Program-made: the position numbers and the translations under genes
Shown: positions 62,505-64,000 of the stretch, piece by piece
Position numbering within the stretch: the stretch's first letter is position 1
Layout: each line of letters opens with the position of its first letter
Notes under the pieces: model-generated
Database searches by the model: none
What the model saw: the letters and a program-made list of their open reading frames with translations, nothing else
Told to the model about the DNA's origin: nothing
Assembly: GCA_038321985.1 (NCBI GenBank)
Contig: JBBQFN010000002.1
Location: 128,001 to 192,000 of the forward strand
Direction: 5' to 3'
Source of the DNA: Cyanophyceae cyanobacterium
Lineage (GTDB): Bacteria > Cyanobacteriota > Cyanobacteriia > Cyanobacteriales > Laspinemataceae
Length of the DNA stretch: 64,000 nt

Positions 62505-63011
62505 TTACTCTTCCAAGTAGCTTTTTAAGCCTTCGAGCTCTAGCTTTCGTAAAATCAGACTCGCTTGATTAATGGCACGAGGGGAACCGTTAACAACGAT
62601 AAGGTATTTGCCTCTATTGAGACGATTGCGATAGGGTAAAGCGTCGCCACTCCCAAACGCAACTCCGGCACCGCCTCCGACAAAAAAGCTCCCCATTGCA
62701 CCGGCGATCGCACCGCAGAATCCCCCAATCACATGATTGCCAATTTCACCCGCCCAAATAAAGGTTTGTAAACCCGAAATGATACTAAAAGTGACACCAG
62801 CCGCAAAACCAAAGGGTATCAGCCAAGTTGCCATTAATTTACTTTGTTTAATTGCTTCTTCGTTGGGGTCGATTAAGCCATATTCATCGGCACTTTTATA
62901 ACCCCGACCCAGGATGGAGACTTGGTTAAGGGGAAAGCCTTCTGTTTCAAGGACGGAGTAAGCAGTTTCTGCCTGAATGCGGTCGGATACAACGGCAACG
63001 AGATAGTTCAT
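62505..63011 (-). CDS. Conserved hypothetical membrane protein
   Basis: MNYLVAVV.DR..AE.AY, two Gly-rich TMs, YRNRLNRGKYLIVV. Confidence 0.85.
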   Translation of the reverse strand: MNYLVAVVSDRIQAETAYSVLETEGFPLNQVSILGRGYKSADEYGLIDPNEEAIKQSKLMATWLIPFGFAAGVTFSIISGLQTFIWAGEIGNHVIGGFCGAIAGAMGSFFVGGGAGVAFGSGDALPYRNRLNRGKYLIVVNGSPRAINQASLILRKLELEGLKSYLEE

Positions 63012-63727
63012 GGATGAAATCTATAGGTTAATATACGGGTCTAACTTGGGTTTGATGGGGTCCCGATGGCACAAATACCTTTGACCCCACTCTCGGTTCA
63101 TTTTAGATCGAGTTGGGACCGAAGGCTGTTTTGCGATCGCTTTTGCTTTCTGGTCTTGACAAATATAATTTTTTATGATATTCAGTTAGCCGATAAGAGG
63201 ACTATTTGGGATAAAAGGAAGGGGTTTAAACCGGGGGATTTGGGGGAAAAAGAGAGTTAACCGAAATTAATTAATCCCTTTGGTCCATCACCATTAAAAA
63301 AAAATCCGCCGATTTTGGATGGTTTATTGAGATATTTTTGTTAAAAAACTTAGCCCAATTCAGAAGATAATACGAGTCTGATTTTTAAGGGGAGGCAGGA
63401 TAGAGTTGTGCTTGATTGTGGTAACTTTAAGCCCTAATCCCGGTGCAGGAAGAAAGTCGAAGGAGAATCTACCGGGCCTAGGATCCAGCGGTAGCAAGGG
63501 AGGAAAGCGAAAATTCTAGTCCCTGAAACCTTAAAAATTTTAACTCATTGAGCTATAGCAGACCCTTTCCAGTTAAAATGACCTACTGCAACAAGTCTGC
63601 CCGGTAGACCGATAGAGCAAGATTGCACTGCGATCGCCTTTCCATCGGACCGTAAGCGACCCGTTGCCTCCGGAAACTCCCCGGTAAGAGGAGACTGCTG
63701 TATTTTGTTGCCACCCAAAAGCTGACC

Positions 63728-64000
63728 ATGCCCAAGGTTCTTGTCTCCGATCCCATAGACCAAGCTGGACTGGATATCCTCTCTCAAGTTGCCCAAGTTG
63801 ACGTAAAAACAGGGCTCTCCAACGAAGAATTAGTTCAAATTATCCCCGAATATGATGCCCTGATGATCCGTTCGGGGACCCGCGTCACTCCAGAAATCAT
63901 AGAAGCCGGTAACCAACTTAAAATTATTGGTCGTGCCGGAGTCGGTGTAGATAACGTAGATGTTCCCTCTGCCACCCGTAAAGGTATTGTGGTAGTGAAT
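63728..64000 (+). CDS. serA: D-3-phosphoglycerate dehydrogenase, 5' part (truncated by window end)
   Basis: MPKVLVSDPIDQAGLDILSQ...YDALMIRSGT...IIGRAGVGVDNVD. Confidence 0.95.
   Translation, partial: MPKVLVSDPIDQAGLDILSQVAQVDVKTGLSNEELVQIIPEYDALMIRSGTRVTPEIIEAGNQLKIIGRAGVGVDNVDVPSATRKGIVVVN

Overview
A 64-kb chromosomal window from a cyanobacterium. The HIP1 octamer GCGATCGC is very frequent, and psbY, KGK, GUN4, DUF2949 and AAA_35 genes plus GTAG-type REP-like palindromes suggest a filamentous Oscillatoriales-like genome. Most of the window is housekeeping: aguA/aguB, pepP, msrB, priA, map, ilvC, lysA-cdaA-uppS, rimI, gcvT, partial serA and three PAS/GAF histidine kinases. An accessory block at about 14.0-26.1 kb contains (i) four co-oriented secreted proteins, two with curlin-like Q/N-ladder GxxN repeats, a candidate cyanobacterial functional-amyloid module; (ii) an HTH-TIR-AAA_35 / secreted protein / AAA_35-TM-WD40 trio; (iii) an orphan Cas6 with a C-terminal HTH, followed by a gene remnant; and (iv) a Thr/Pro-repeat surface protein. 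Other notable items are a perfect loop-less 54-bp palindrome, a UbiA-type terpene-cyclase-like gene, a tandem cyclic-phosphate-processing-receiver-like protein, a Cys-rich domain fused to a kinase, a frameshift-eroded PAS domain, two small ORFs absent from the ORF track (psbY and a 42-aa ORF), and a candidate sRNA. I found no rRNA, tRNA, transposase or CRISPR array by eye. All family assignments come from motif recognition, not database searches.
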